A DNA stretch of 64,000 bases from Methanobacteriota archaeon (GTDB taxonomy: Archaea; Thermoplasmatota; Poseidoniia; Poseidoniales; Poseidoniaceae). Both the position numbers and the translations under genes were made by a program. A model generated the notes under the pieces. That model saw nothing but the letters and a program-made list of their open reading frames with translations, ran no database searches and was not told the DNA's origin. Shown in pieces: positions 9,226 through 18,579 of this stretch. Within the stretch, counting starts at the first letter, position 1; each line of letters opens with the position of its first letter. The DNA lies in assembly GCA_002706065.1 (NCBI GenBank), contig PAJM01000020.1, forward strand, positions 16,033 to 80,032, read 5' to 3'.

Positions 9226-10949
9226 CGATGCAACGATTCGTGAATGCGCTCAGCGAGTGAAGAACCGATTCCAGGGACGGTTTTCAAATCCTCAATGCTT
9301 GCGTTGGTGATGCCTTGGCGACCACCAAAATGTCGGAGCAGTGATTGCAATTTTTTAGCACCCAACCCAAGGACGTTCTCAAGTGGATCACCCAAGCGAC
9401 TTTTCTTGCGACGCTTCCGATGAAATGCGTTCACGAAACGATGTGCTTCATCTCGAGCATGCACGAATACTCGTCCACGACGGTCCAGAACAATTGGTTC
9501 ATTCTCTTCCCTGTACAGTGTTTCTTCGCGCTTTGCAAGAGCTGCCAACTGGAATCGATCCTGAACACCGTGCTCAGTCAACATTGAGCGAATTGTATTC
9601 AAGTGCGTCTCACCTCCATCAAGAAGAAGTAAATCAGGCCATTCCTCTTGACGCTTTATCCATCGTTCAACGACCTCTTTCATCATGCGTAAATCATCCA
9701 TTGCATCGCCTTTGACGATGTAGGTACGATATTCCTTTTTTGCAGGGCGTCCATTGCGTAAAACAACACTCGCACCTACGCGCTCGTCACCTTGCAACTG
9801 TGCCATGTCGAAACAAACAACATGATTCATTTGCTCGACATCCAACAACAGCGCAGCTTCATCTGCAGCACGCTGCTCAAGTGAACCACTTGATTTATTG
9901 GCAATTCTGGAAACTTGAATCTCAGCGTTTTGGTCAGCAAGCGTACGCAATGTGACCATATCGCCACGCATGGGTGTGCGAACTTCGACGGTTGAACCGC
10001 GTCGTTCATCCAACCATTGCTGCAATCCATCAAGCAAAGGAGTCGGTGTTAGCAACAATCGTGGAGGGCGTCGATGAACGTAGTGTTCACTCACGAATCG
10101 ACTTACGGTTTCTCCAATGTCTCCTCGATGCACATAGGGCCAGACCTCTTGACCTTTGACAACGCCTTCATCAGCATGCAAAACGACCAATGCGGCGAGA
10201 TCACCTTGGTCGGCGAATCCAATGGCATCGCAGTCGCGATACAGTTTGCTCGAGACAACATGCTGACCAACTGTTGTTCGAACCGATCGAATCAAATCAC
10301 GATAATGTGCTGCTCTTTCAAATTGCATATTTGTTGAGCAATCATCCATCTTCGCTACCAATTCTTCGAGAAGTTCCGTGGCTTCACCATCGAGGATTCG
10401 TTTCACAGTGCGTACACGCTCAGGATAACCATCAGGGTCTACACAAGGTCCTCGACATAGTCCAATGTGTTGTGCGAGGCATCCCTGATCACCCCGACAA
10501 TCCTTATCGCGAATCCCGAAGTGTCTCCGTAGTAATTGCATGACTTGCTTCGCAGCTTTTGCATTTGGAAACGGGCCCCAACGGCTCGCCTTCTTTGGTG
10601 GATGTCGAGTGTACATGATGCGTGGAAATTCTTCGTTCGTGAGGACAAGATATGGATAGGATTTGTCGTCCTTCAACATTGAATTGAATCGAGGCTTGTG
10701 CTCCCGAATCAACTGGCGCTCAAGGATCAGTGCTTCTTGTGGCGTTGTTGTCACAATGCATTCAACGTCATCAGCACGAGCAACCAATTCTGGTATCATT
10801 TGTCGATCGGGATTGGTTGCGAAATACGACCGAATTCGTTCATTCAATCGAGTCGCTTTTCCGACATACAAGACGCGTCCTTCGCCTGTTTTGAAGAGGT
10901 AGACGCCAGGTGATGCAGGCAAATCGATGGATGCTGCATCAACCGCCAT
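9222..10949 (-). CDS. uvrC: excinuclease ABC subunit C
   Basis: GIY-YIG motif 'PGVYLFKTGEGRVLYVGKATRLNERIRSYF', UVR motif 'FERAAHYRDLIRSV', and C-terminal (HhH)2 'LGLGAKKLQSLLRHFG...VPGIGSSLAERI'. I place the start at Met100 of the track ORF (ATG 10949). The longer ORF would overlap the divergent gene at 11054, and a T-run box lies about 28 nt upstream of 10949. Confidence 0.85.
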   Translation of the reverse strand: MAVDAASIDLPASPGVYLFKTGEGRVLYVGKATRLNERIRSYFATNPDRQMIPELVARADDVECIVTTTPQEALILERQLIREHKPRFNSMLKDDKSYPYLVLTNEEFPRIMYTRHPPKKASRWGPFPNAKAAKQVMQLLRRHFGIRDKDCRGDQGCLAQHIGLCRGPCVDPDGYPERVRTVKRILDGEATELLEELVAKMDDCSTNMQFERAAHYRDLIRSVRTTVGQHVVSSKLYRDCDAIGFADQGDLAALVVLHADEGVVKGQEVWPYVHRGDIGETVSRFVSEHYVHRRPPRLLLTPTPLLDGLQQWLDERRGSTVEVRTPMRGDMVTLRTLADQNAEIQVSRIANKSSGSLEQRAADEAALLLDVEQMNHVVCFDMAQLQGDERVGASVVLRNGRPAKKEYRTYIVKGDAMDDLRMMKEVVERWIKRQEEWPDLLLLDGGETHLNTIRSMLTEHGVQDRFQLAALAKREETLYREENEPIVLDRRGRVFVHARDEAHRFVNAFHRKRRKKSRLGDPLENVLGLGAKKLQSLLRHFGGRQGITNASIEDLKTVPGIGSSLAERIHESLHR

Positions 10950-11053
10950 ATTGAATCCTTGCGTCCATAGGTCAAAAAAACCTGCATGGCTTCTGTCAGT
11001 CAAGAAGAGGACAACATCAAATGCAATGTTGTCAAGGTTGGGTATGAGTTCGG

Positions 11054-13237
11054 ATGTTGACACCGGCAATGCTGCGTATTTTGCGTTGGTTGGATGAGCA
11101 TCCAGCAACGCTTGAATCCGCATGGGACGTTCCTCGTAGTGTCTCGCTGGAGGGCATTGCTGATGGAATCGGAGTGGTTCGCTCAGCGCTTTTCCAGCCA
11201 ATGAGTACACTGGAGAACGAGGGTTTGATTCGAACGAGACAAGCACACGTCATCGGTTCTGGGCGAAGGAAACGAAAGGTCGTCCACATTACACCTGAAG
11301 GTCGGACAGAACTTGGAAAACGCTCAGAAGAAATTCCTACTCGGCCTTCCAAAGTATCGAACAAACTGCATGGTCAGATTCCAGAATACACTGCTCTCCA
11401 CGGGCGTCACTCCGAGATTGAATTGATTCAAGATGCGTTGAAGCGAAGCGTTCCGGTGCATTTACGTGGCATGCCGGGGATTGGAAAATCCACGCTTGTG
11501 CGTTCAATCGTTCAGGAACTTGCTGAGCAAGGGACACCGATTCACTGGGTCCAACTTGATGGGTATTGTGACGTCCATGAAGCGATGAAGCGAATGGAGT
11601 TTGAAATGCCTCACATCCTTGATGTGGAAGGGTATGCCTCGGCGATTAAGTCGGAAGAAACGCTTCTGGTGTTCGATGATGTTCATGCGATTGCAACCCG
11701 ACATCAATCGTCGTTTGAGAATCTCTTTCATGGGCTTCAGGATCACAACGTTTCCTTTCTCCTTGTCGGGCGAGATCGAGATACATTCTCGATCGAAGGA
11801 ACCTCTCTCGAGCTTGGCCCACTGGAGCAATCTCATGCAATAGAACTTCTCGATCCCGACATTGGAGACGAACGGGTTTCGATTGTTGATACCCTTGGAC
11901 GACATCCACTTGCAATCCTTCTCTACGATGCGTCCACTCCCCTCCCTGAAACAGATCAAGGCGTTCGGACGTATGTGGATCAGGTTGTACTCGGTGATGC
12001 ATCGATCGAAGTTCGTGATGCAATGTCCCCGTTTCTTGTTCTACCGTTCCCAGTGTCTGCAGAACGTATGCCAGACCCAGAACATGTGCCTCTTCTCGAT
12101 GAGCACACATTGTTGCGCTGGAGTGGAAGGGATATGGCGATGGAAATGCAACATTTGATTCGCAATGTCTGCAGGTCTTCATTGAACGATTCTGAACTTG
12201 ATGGATTGCATCAATCTGCGATTGCTCATTGGCAAAAACAAGACGATGCACTTGCTTCAATTCTTGAATTGCATCATCGGATTCAGAGAGGTGAGTCCGA
12301 AGTTTCAACCCATCTCTCAGTTCGCGCAAATCAGTTGATGAATGCCTATTCTGGAGCCTTTGCAACACTTTTGGATGAGGCACTTAGTAACGAAAGTGAG
12401 AACCTTGAGTTGATCGAACTTGCAGCACAGCATGCCTTAAACCGTGCAGAAGTTGATGTTGCAAAAGATTACATCGACGGTACTGATGATTCACGTTTAA
12501 CCAACATTCGGTTGCAAATCGCACAATTTGAAGGTAAGAAAGATGTCTTGGAGGAGCTTGCTTCACTGCTTGAGAGAGTTGATGACCCAAGTCAAAAGTT
12601 ACGTATCCAATTGTCGGTTCTTTCTCGCAGTATCGATGATGTTTCGCCAAATTCAAACGAAGAGGACCTTCATCGCATCAATCTGCTTATTGAACAGGTG
12701 GACCTTCCAGATGACGAGACTGAACGTCAAGTGGTTCTCACTACAATCGTTGTCATGCGTCATGCACTTGCTGTTGAGCGTGGGGACGAAAACGGTGCTC
12801 GATTCCTCCTTGATCAATTGAAAAAAATCGCATCAACACGAGATCCTTTGATTCAATTTCTCACAACAAAAACAGAATTGAAGGCCCTCAATCCTCGTTC
12901 TTCGGACGCCGCACTGACACTCAGGAATGCAGAACTTACCGCTTCACAGCTGCAACAGCCATTGTACAAGGCCTCACTTCTTCTCCTTCTTTGTGAACAA
13001 TTGGTTGAAACACAATTGCCTCGAGCGAAACTCATTCATGAGCAAGTTGACCTCCAGGCCCTCGAATCGATGGACGTCCCATCAGCGCGACGAATTCTTG
13101 CAAAATGGTGGGAGATGAAATCAATGCTCAATCAAAAAGACAGAGTCTTCGCTCTTCGAGAAGCAATTCTGCGTTATCGTTCCGTAGGATGTCCGAACCG
13201 GGCGCGTTCGTTATCGAAACGCCTTCACGATGTTTGA
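11054..13237 (+). CDS. winged-HTH + P-loop NTPase (STAND/archaeal-ATPase-like) + helical-repeat regulator
   Basis: 727 aa. N-terminal MarR/PadR-like wHTH 'LEGIADGIGVVRSALFQPMSTLENEGLIRTRQ...GRRKRKVVHITPEGR'. Walker A 'GMPGIGKST' (nt 11468-11494) and Walker B 'LLVFDDVH'. About 450 aa of Leu-rich helical (TPR-like) sequence follow. Confidence 0.6.
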   Translation: MLTPAMLRILRWLDEHPATLESAWDVPRSVSLEGIADGIGVVRSALFQPMSTLENEGLIRTRQAHVIGSGRRKRKVVHITPEGRTELGKRSEEIPTRPSKVSNKLHGQIPEYTALHGRHSEIELIQDALKRSVPVHLRGMPGIGKSTLVRSIVQELAEQGTPIHWVQLDGYCDVHEAMKRMEFEMPHILDVEGYASAIKSEETLLVFDDVHAIATRHQSSFENLFHGLQDHNVSFLLVGRDRDTFSIEGTSLELGPLEQSHAIELLDPDIGDERVSIVDTLGRHPLAILLYDASTPLPETDQGVRTYVDQVVLGDASIEVRDAMSPFLVLPFPVSAERMPDPEHVPLLDEHTLLRWSGRDMAMEMQHLIRNVCRSSLNDSELDGLHQSAIAHWQKQDDALASILELHHRIQRGESEVSTHLSVRANQLMNAYSGAFATLLDEALSNESENLELIELAAQHALNRAEVDVAKDYIDGTDDSRLTNIRLQIAQFEGKKDVLEELASLLERVDDPSQKLRIQLSVLSRSIDDVSPNSNEEDLHRINLLIEQVDLPDDETERQVVLTTIVVMRHALAVERGDENGARFLLDQLKKIASTRDPLIQFLTTKTELKALNPRSSDAALTLRNAELTASQLQQPLYKASLLLLLCEQLVETQLPRAKLIHEQVDLQALESMDVPSARRILAKWWEMKSMLNQKDRVFALREAILRYRSVGCPNRARSLSKRLHDV

Positions 13238-13238
13238 A

Positions 13239-13472
13239 TTACAATTCAGCACCGATCATGGTCTTTGTATCTTGAATACCTTTGAGCGGACGAATTTCTT
13301 CCACGATACATCGGGTTAGTGTGAATTCATCGTCAGCTTGGACGCGTGCAAGAATATCGAATTCGCCGAACAACATCCATCTGTCTGTCACATGTTCGAT
13401 GCCATCGAGTGCACTTCGAACATTCTTCTCTTCGCCAGGTTGGGTTGTGATCAATACAAATCCTATCGCCAT
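13239..13472 (-). CDS. stand-alone RAM (Lrp/AsnC ligand-binding) domain protein
   Basis: 77 aa, 'AIGFVLITTQPGEEKNVRSAL..IEHVTDRWMLFGEFDILARVQADD...IRPLKGIQDTKTMIGAE'. This matches the beta-alpha-beta-beta-alpha-beta AsnC C-terminal domain pattern, and there is no HTH. Confidence 0.7.
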   Translation of the reverse strand: MAIGFVLITTQPGEEKNVRSALDGIEHVTDRWMLFGEFDILARVQADDEFTLTRCIVEEIRPLKGIQDTKTMIGAEL

Positions 13473-13481
13473 TTGTTCACC

Positions 13482-13715
13482 TCAGTATTCCACTGCAATG
13501 AGTGTCTGTGTGTCTCGTATTCCTTCGATGGTTCTGAAATCTTTCATGAGGAGAGATGTGAGATTTTTTGCTGAATCACTACTCACATGTGCAAGCAGGT
13601 CGTACTCCCCGTAGAGGGCATGAACTTCTTTGACTGCATCGTGTGATGTCAAGGCGAGATAGACATCCCGCTCACAGGACGGTTCGGTCTTTACGAGGAC
13701 GAATGCTTCTGGCAC
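13482..13715 (-). CDS. stand-alone RAM (Lrp/AsnC ligand-binding) domain protein, tandem paralog
   Basis: 77 aa, 'AFVLVKTEPSCERDVYLAL..VKEVHALYGEYDLLAHVSSDS...FRTIEGIRDTQTLIAVE'. Same length and pattern as the neighbour, with a 9-nt gap between them. Confidence 0.7.
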   Translation of the reverse strand: MPEAFVLVKTEPSCERDVYLALTSHDAVKEVHALYGEYDLLAHVSSDSAKNLTSLLMKDFRTIEGIRDTQTLIAVEY

Positions 13716-13737
13716 GAGATGTGCTTGAGGAGAGGGG

Positions 13738-13743
13738 TTTTAT
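13738..13743 (-). promoter_or_regulatory. TATA-like box for the RAM-domain gene pair
   Basis: Minus-strand ATAAAA centred about 26 nt upstream of the ATG at 13715. Confidence 0.3.
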
Positions 13744-13815
13744 CGCTTCGGGTCTCATCCGTTCGATGAACAGGCAAAGGGTGCCTTCAAATGGTATCGC
13801 TTTGGACTGAATATT

Positions 13816-16800
13816 ATGGAGAGGCACAGAACACTCTATGCTCTCATCTTGTTGGCACTTCTTCTTTTCATGCCCATGGGACCGATGGTCCAATCCTTTG
13901 AGGAGGCAGGAAACGAAGGTTCAGCGGTTTCGAATCGCGCTACAACGACGTGGTCTGGTACAGTGACCCTGACGAATGATTATTTCGTCAACGTTCAGGA
14001 TGAGTTACTCATCACCTCCTGCACAAGTGTGGTGATGTCTCCAGGAATACGGATCTATGTCGATGGACGATTAACCGTTCAAGGAACCTCAACATGTCCA
14101 ATCGTACTCTCAAGTTCGTCGACCACCGGTGATCATGAAGGCATACAATTCAATTCATCATCCAACGGACGTGGAAGTACTGTCAATCACATGCACATCG
14201 AGGATGCAATTTATGGAATTACGATTTACGGTTCGAATCCAATCCTGAACAATGTGACCATGTTCAATCCAGACCGCGTTGGCATCGATATGTTTGGTAG
14301 TTCAAGTCCAGTTATTCGAGACTTGCACGTCGAACAAGCAGGGCGTTCTGTGGCGTTCCAAAACGATTGGAGATACGGTATTGGCTTGTCGGTTGGTGAT
14401 GGTTCAACGCCTATTGTGCAGGGTGCATACTTCACCGACCATCAACTCCGCGCAGTGAATCTATGGGGTGGCTCAGGTGGAATCTATCGAGACGTTGTGA
14501 TGGACAATATCTCAGGTTCTGTCCTTGGAGAAGCAGCAGGGGTATGGGTTGAGGATAGTGTGCCATTGTTTGAGGATCTGACCATCGACAAGAGCGATAC
14601 AGGAATCATTGTTCGGCATATCGACGATTCCGGATACACGCGAGGTGTGTTCAGGGATGTTGACATCTCCAATAGCATGTATCGTGGCGTCTACTTGGAC
14701 AAAAACAACCACACGAATTACACCAACTACGAATCAGCTGATTTCACCAACCTTACCGTGCGTGGAACTGGTTCTTCTGGTGCTACTTCACCTGGGATCG
14801 CCAAGGCTGCAATCGAAGTGAACGCAACAGGGGCATGGTTGGAGAACGTCCTCGTGGATGGAGCTTCATCCGTCGGAGTTCGTTTGTTCTTTGTCGATTC
14901 CAGTACAACGTTTCGCAACATGACCATACGGGATGCTGGTGAAGCGGGACAGGGTGCCCATTCTGCAGGATTGAGCATACAAACCTCCTATTTTGCGGCC
15001 CATCTCGAGGACCTTGAAGTGACTGGTTCTCCTGGCCCAGGAATCCATTCTTCGAGTGGAGGTTCCCTTCAAGGGCATGATTGGAATCTTCACAACAATT
15101 CCGAGCAGGGGTTGTTCATCGATTCCGCAACGGTTGTCGTAGATGGGCTCTCTACAGCTGACAATGGATACTCAGGAGTTCACGTGTTTGATGCTCGGTA
15201 CGTGACCGTCTCAAATCTAACATCCATCAACGATGGTTCGCTTGGCTCAAATGCGATGGAACAGTCTGGATTGTCGTATCAAAAATCCAACGATCTGGAG
15301 ACAGCATCAGGCGATGTGGTTTGTTTGAATTGTCGGGTTGAATCGCCGCAAGGACATGGTGTGTTCGTCATAGATTCTGTTGATCTTTGGCTTGATAATC
15401 TTTCGATTACAGACATTGACCCAACTCTCCCAGCAATGTATGTCGATAACGGTGGACTTACACTCGGAACCCAAGGAGGCCGATTCAATCTTCTGAATTC
15501 TGAAATTGAGCATGAATCGGCAACGCAGCATGCACTTTACATCGAACAAGCAGCAGGACATATCGATGGGTTGACGCTTAGTGGCAATCATAGCGGAATG
15601 TATTGGGATGCAAACCACAATGGAAATTTCCCCTCAACATTGAGTAATACCGAATTGATTGGGACCGAATGTCTCAAACTGGTCAATCACCCCGACCTTG
15701 GAGGGTACGGCAATACAATCGGGAACGGTTGCAGTGGGCGTGTTTGGATTGAAAATTCGGATGTAAATTTCTCGAATTTTGCTGATGCAACTGGCTTGCA
15801 CATTTTGGATTTGGATGCAACATCAGGGATGCATCTTCACCAACCGAGCAACATCGATTTAACACTTGCAAACATTCCATCTGGCGCAGTCGTTGATGTT
15901 GCACACGACGTCGTGGTATGGGTCGTCAACAATCAATCAAATGGTGTTCCTAATGCGTACGCGAATGTTAGTTTCAGCCAATTTGAACCGTCTGTTTCTG
16001 AGTTCACAAATGATCTCGGCCAAGTTCTCCTTCCGGATTTCGTCAATCAACGGTGGACAAATTCAGGCCCGTCTTCTCTCAACGAGATTACCGTTGATTG
16101 CGGATACGATAGTCAAAGCAATTCAACGACAACCGTTTTTGATGGAAATGAAATGATGTATTGTCGCCTCGAACTTGACAATCAACCTCCATTCTTGAAC
16201 TGGACTTCACCGACGGACGGGGAGGTGTTCCCTTCGCAGGGGCAAGTGTTGTTTGATGCTCAGCAGTCGTGGGATTTGGACGACGACCCTCTCACACTCA
16301 CATGGACTTCTTCTCTTGACGGCGTCATCTCATCAGGACAAGGGAATGCCCCATTTTCGGTTAACGATGGTGTGTCTGGTTTCACTCTGACCGATGGCAT
16401 TCACGACCTCACGCTGGAAGTCTGCGACAATGCTGGACACTGCGTCTCTGAGACAAGGAGCATAGAATTGACCAATCTTGCACCAGAAATCAACGTTTCA
16501 TTTTCCCCAACAGCCACGCAATGGAACGAACTAATCATGCCGCAAACCGGTACTGTCACCATCAATACGACAGGAACATTTGACCCTGAGGGTGATGACT
16601 TTGCTTGCATGATTACGTTTGGTGGTTACAACCGACAAGGTCCCGAATGGGACAACCAATGGGTCTGTCCAGAATTGTTGACCCACACCTTCGACCATTA
16701 CACGGATGACCCACCGGCATCGTTCTTCTTGAACGTCATTGCTTGGGATCAAGTAGGGAATTCAGATACCTACTCAGTTGAGGTCAAATTGTACAATGAG

Positions 16801-18525
16801 ATGCCAACTGCTGCTTTCACGCTTGAACGCAATGGAACGGCAAGTGAAGATGTGATTTTCTTCAATGGAAGCAGTTCAGCCGATCCCGAAAACAATCCAG
16901 TTTCTTTTGAATGGTGGTCGAATGTGGATGGATCGCTCATGGTTGGTCAAGGTCTTGAGAACATTTCTTGGAATGGTCATCTCTCTCGCGGTGTTCACCA
17001 AATTGAGTTACGAATCACCGATGATCGAATGGATCATGGCGGCCAGATGTCGGTTGTTTCTGAACTGATTACGATCGACAATTCTGTACCTCGAGCTGTT
17101 ATCGAAGAATTAGCCATGTTCGATGATCTCGATTCGTCCGTTCTAATTCCGTTCAGTGCCAATGGAAGTGGTGATTTCGATTCAGCGTGCTCCACATTCC
17201 CGAATGAAGGGACATGGCACTGCGCAGAGAATGAGCCTGCAGCAGGTTCTGAATTCCTGCAAATCGATTGGTCAAGTAACCTTGATGGACGATTGACACC
17301 AGGGGACGTGGATTGGTTGACCTTTGAAACGCGACTCTCCGCAGGTACGCATCAAATCACGCTCACACTCAACGATGGCATCAACGCTAACGCTTCCGTT
17401 TCAACGACACTTGAGGTTGCTGAATCAGCTCCTGTACTGGTGTTGGATTCGCCAGCGAATGGTAGCCAATTCGCTTCAAGCGATTTGATTGTCTTTGATT
17501 CACGGCAAAGTGTTGACTATGATGGTGATGCGTTTACGATGACAGTTCGGGCATTCAATGATCAAACCTCAGCATATCTTCCAATCCTGAGTGACGTTTC
17601 AACCTCAGAAATTCATGAATTACAACTTGATTCTGGACTGCGAGATCTTCAAATTGAATTGGTCGATGAGACTGGAAAGACTCGAATTGAATTCCTTCAA
17701 CTCTTGATTCTTCCGAGCGATCCTCAGGCGGTTATCGTCACGCCAACGAACCTTGATTCCATCGATCCTGGTAGGAACATTGTGTTTGAAGGCGCATCAA
17801 ACGATGCTGACAATGACCTTGTTACACGAGAGTGGCGCCTTCATCAACCGGATGCTCAGACCAGCGTTTTGAGCACACAATCAACCTTCACACAAATCTT
17901 TGCTCCTGGTTCCCATCATGTTTCGTTGTACGTACAAGATGCTCGTGGTGCCTCATCAGAACACCACATCAATTTCACCGTCCGATCCAGCCTTCCTGTA
18001 TTGGATCAAACCAGTTTGGAACTGTCTCAAGTCGAATTCGTTTCTGATGAGCGAGTCACGCTTGATGTCTCAGTGATACTGATCGATGCTGATGGTACGA
18101 CGGACGATGTTCGCGTCGATATTGTCCACAACATTCAGACATGGACCTTCAATCTCAGCGATGATGATGGGGATGGTATTTGGACAGGGTCGCTTGAATT
18201 CCAACCATCTGGTGTTGGACAACCAAGTTTCAAGGTCATCGCGACCGATGGTGAAGGCGATTCAGCAAGCGTGGATATTCTCTACACACCACTCAAGGTT
18301 GTTGAAGCAGAGCGGGGGGGTTTCATGTCCACTGGCGTTCTTGTTGGTGCAGTTTCCATCGCTATCCTCGTTGCACTCCTCATGACGCTTCAACGACGTA
18401 GAGCAACTGCTGAAGAAATGAAGATCATCGATTCGTGGGGCGTCTTTGGTGATGGGGACGTCGAAGACAAAGCATCCGATGAGGAATCCAATGAAGGTGA
18501 AAAGTTGGATTGGGATGCTGTATAG
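13816..18525 (+). CDS. 1,569-aa surface protein: right-handed beta-helix (PbH1/NosD-like) region + multiple PKD/Ig-like repeats + C-terminal TM
   Basis: Signal peptide 'LYALILLALLLFMPMGPMVQS'. The N-terminal ~600 aa have ~22-25-aa beta-helix periodicity ('IEDAIYGITIYGSNPILNNVTMFNPDRVGIDMFGSSSPVIRDLHVEQ'). Ig-like modules recur with the pattern 'W.S.LDG.L..G...LS.G.H.I.L...D' (e.g. 'WTSSLDGVISSG', 'WWSNVDGSLMVG', 'WSSNLDGRLTPG'). TM 'GVLVGAVSIAILVALLMTL' is followed by QRRR and an acidic tail. Confidence 0.7.
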   Translation: MERHRTLYALILLALLLFMPMGPMVQSFEEAGNEGSAVSNRATTTWSGTVTLTNDYFVNVQDELLITSCTSVVMSPGIRIYVDGRLTVQGTSTCPIVLSSSSTTGDHEGIQFNSSSNGRGSTVNHMHIEDAIYGITIYGSNPILNNVTMFNPDRVGIDMFGSSSPVIRDLHVEQAGRSVAFQNDWRYGIGLSVGDGSTPIVQGAYFTDHQLRAVNLWGGSGGIYRDVVMDNISGSVLGEAAGVWVEDSVPLFEDLTIDKSDTGIIVRHIDDSGYTRGVFRDVDISNSMYRGVYLDKNNHTNYTNYESADFTNLTVRGTGSSGATSPGIAKAAIEVNATGAWLENVLVDGASSVGVRLFFVDSSTTFRNMTIRDAGEAGQGAHSAGLSIQTSYFAAHLEDLEVTGSPGPGIHSSSGGSLQGHDWNLHNNSEQGLFIDSATVVVDGLSTADNGYSGVHVFDARYVTVSNLTSINDGSLGSNAMEQSGLSYQKSNDLETASGDVVCLNCRVESPQGHGVFVIDSVDLWLDNLSITDIDPTLPAMYVDNGGLTLGTQGGRFNLLNSEIEHESATQHALYIEQAAGHIDGLTLSGNHSGMYWDANHNGNFPSTLSNTELIGTECLKLVNHPDLGGYGNTIGNGCSGRVWIENSDVNFSNFADATGLHILDLDATSGMHLHQPSNIDLTLANIPSGAVVDVAHDVVVWVVNNQSNGVPNAYANVSFSQFEPSVSEFTNDLGQVLLPDFVNQRWTNSGPSSLNEITVDCGYDSQSNSTTTVFDGNEMMYCRLELDNQPPFLNWTSPTDGEVFPSQGQVLFDAQQSWDLDDDPLTLTWTSSLDGVISSGQGNAPFSVNDGVSGFTLTDGIHDLTLEVCDNAGHCVSETRSIELTNLAPEINVSFSPTATQWNELIMPQTGTVTINTTGTFDPEGDDFACMITFGGYNRQGPEWDNQWVCPELLTHTFDHYTDDPPASFFLNVIAWDQVGNSDTYSVEVKLYNEMPTAAFTLERNGTASEDVIFFNGSSSADPENNPVSFEWWSNVDGSLMVGQGLENISWNGHLSRGVHQIELRITDDRMDHGGQMSVVSELITIDNSVPRAVIEELAMFDDLDSSVLIPFSANGSGDFDSACSTFPNEGTWHCAENEPAAGSEFLQIDWSSNLDGRLTPGDVDWLTFETRLSAGTHQITLTLNDGINANASVSTTLEVAESAPVLVLDSPANGSQFASSDLIVFDSRQSVDYDGDAFTMTVRAFNDQTSAYLPILSDVSTSEIHELQLDSGLRDLQIELVDETGKTRIEFLQLLILPSDPQAVIVTPTNLDSIDPGRNIVFEGASNDADNDLVTREWRLHQPDAQTSVLSTQSTFTQIFAPGSHHVSLYVQDARGASSEHHINFTVRSSLPVLDQTSLELSQVEFVSDERVTLDVSVILIDADGTTDDVRVDIVHNIQTWTFNLSDDDGDGIWTGSLEFQPSGVGQPSFKVIATDGEGDSASVDILYTPLKVVEAERGGFMSTGVLVGAVSIAILVALLMTLQRRRATAEEMKIIDSWGVFGDGDVEDKASDEESNEGEKLDWDAV

Positions 18526-18550
18526 TCACAATAGTTGTTCGGCCATACAA

Positions 18551-18557
18551 TAATATA
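18551..18557 (+). promoter_or_regulatory. TATA-like box for the His/Asp-tract surface protein gene
   Basis: TAATATA within the AT-rich TAATATACAAATTATT, centred about 26 nt upstream of ATG 18580. Confidence 0.35.
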
Positions 18558-18579
18558 CAAATTATTCTTGTTGCAAGAT

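Noticed and set aside
10950-11246. 99-codon N-terminal extension of the uvrC ORF in the track (start at 11246).
   Set aside because: The extension has no UvrC homology, since the GIY-YIG motif begins right after Met100. It would overlap the divergent gene starting at 11054. An A/T box sits ~28 nt upstream of ATG 10949.
11646-12383. 245-aa antisense ORF within the STAND-like regulator gene.
   Set aside because: It has no recognisable motifs and an Arg/His/Leu-rich composition typical of antisense frames. It is fully contained in a longer ORF with clear wHTH and Walker motifs.
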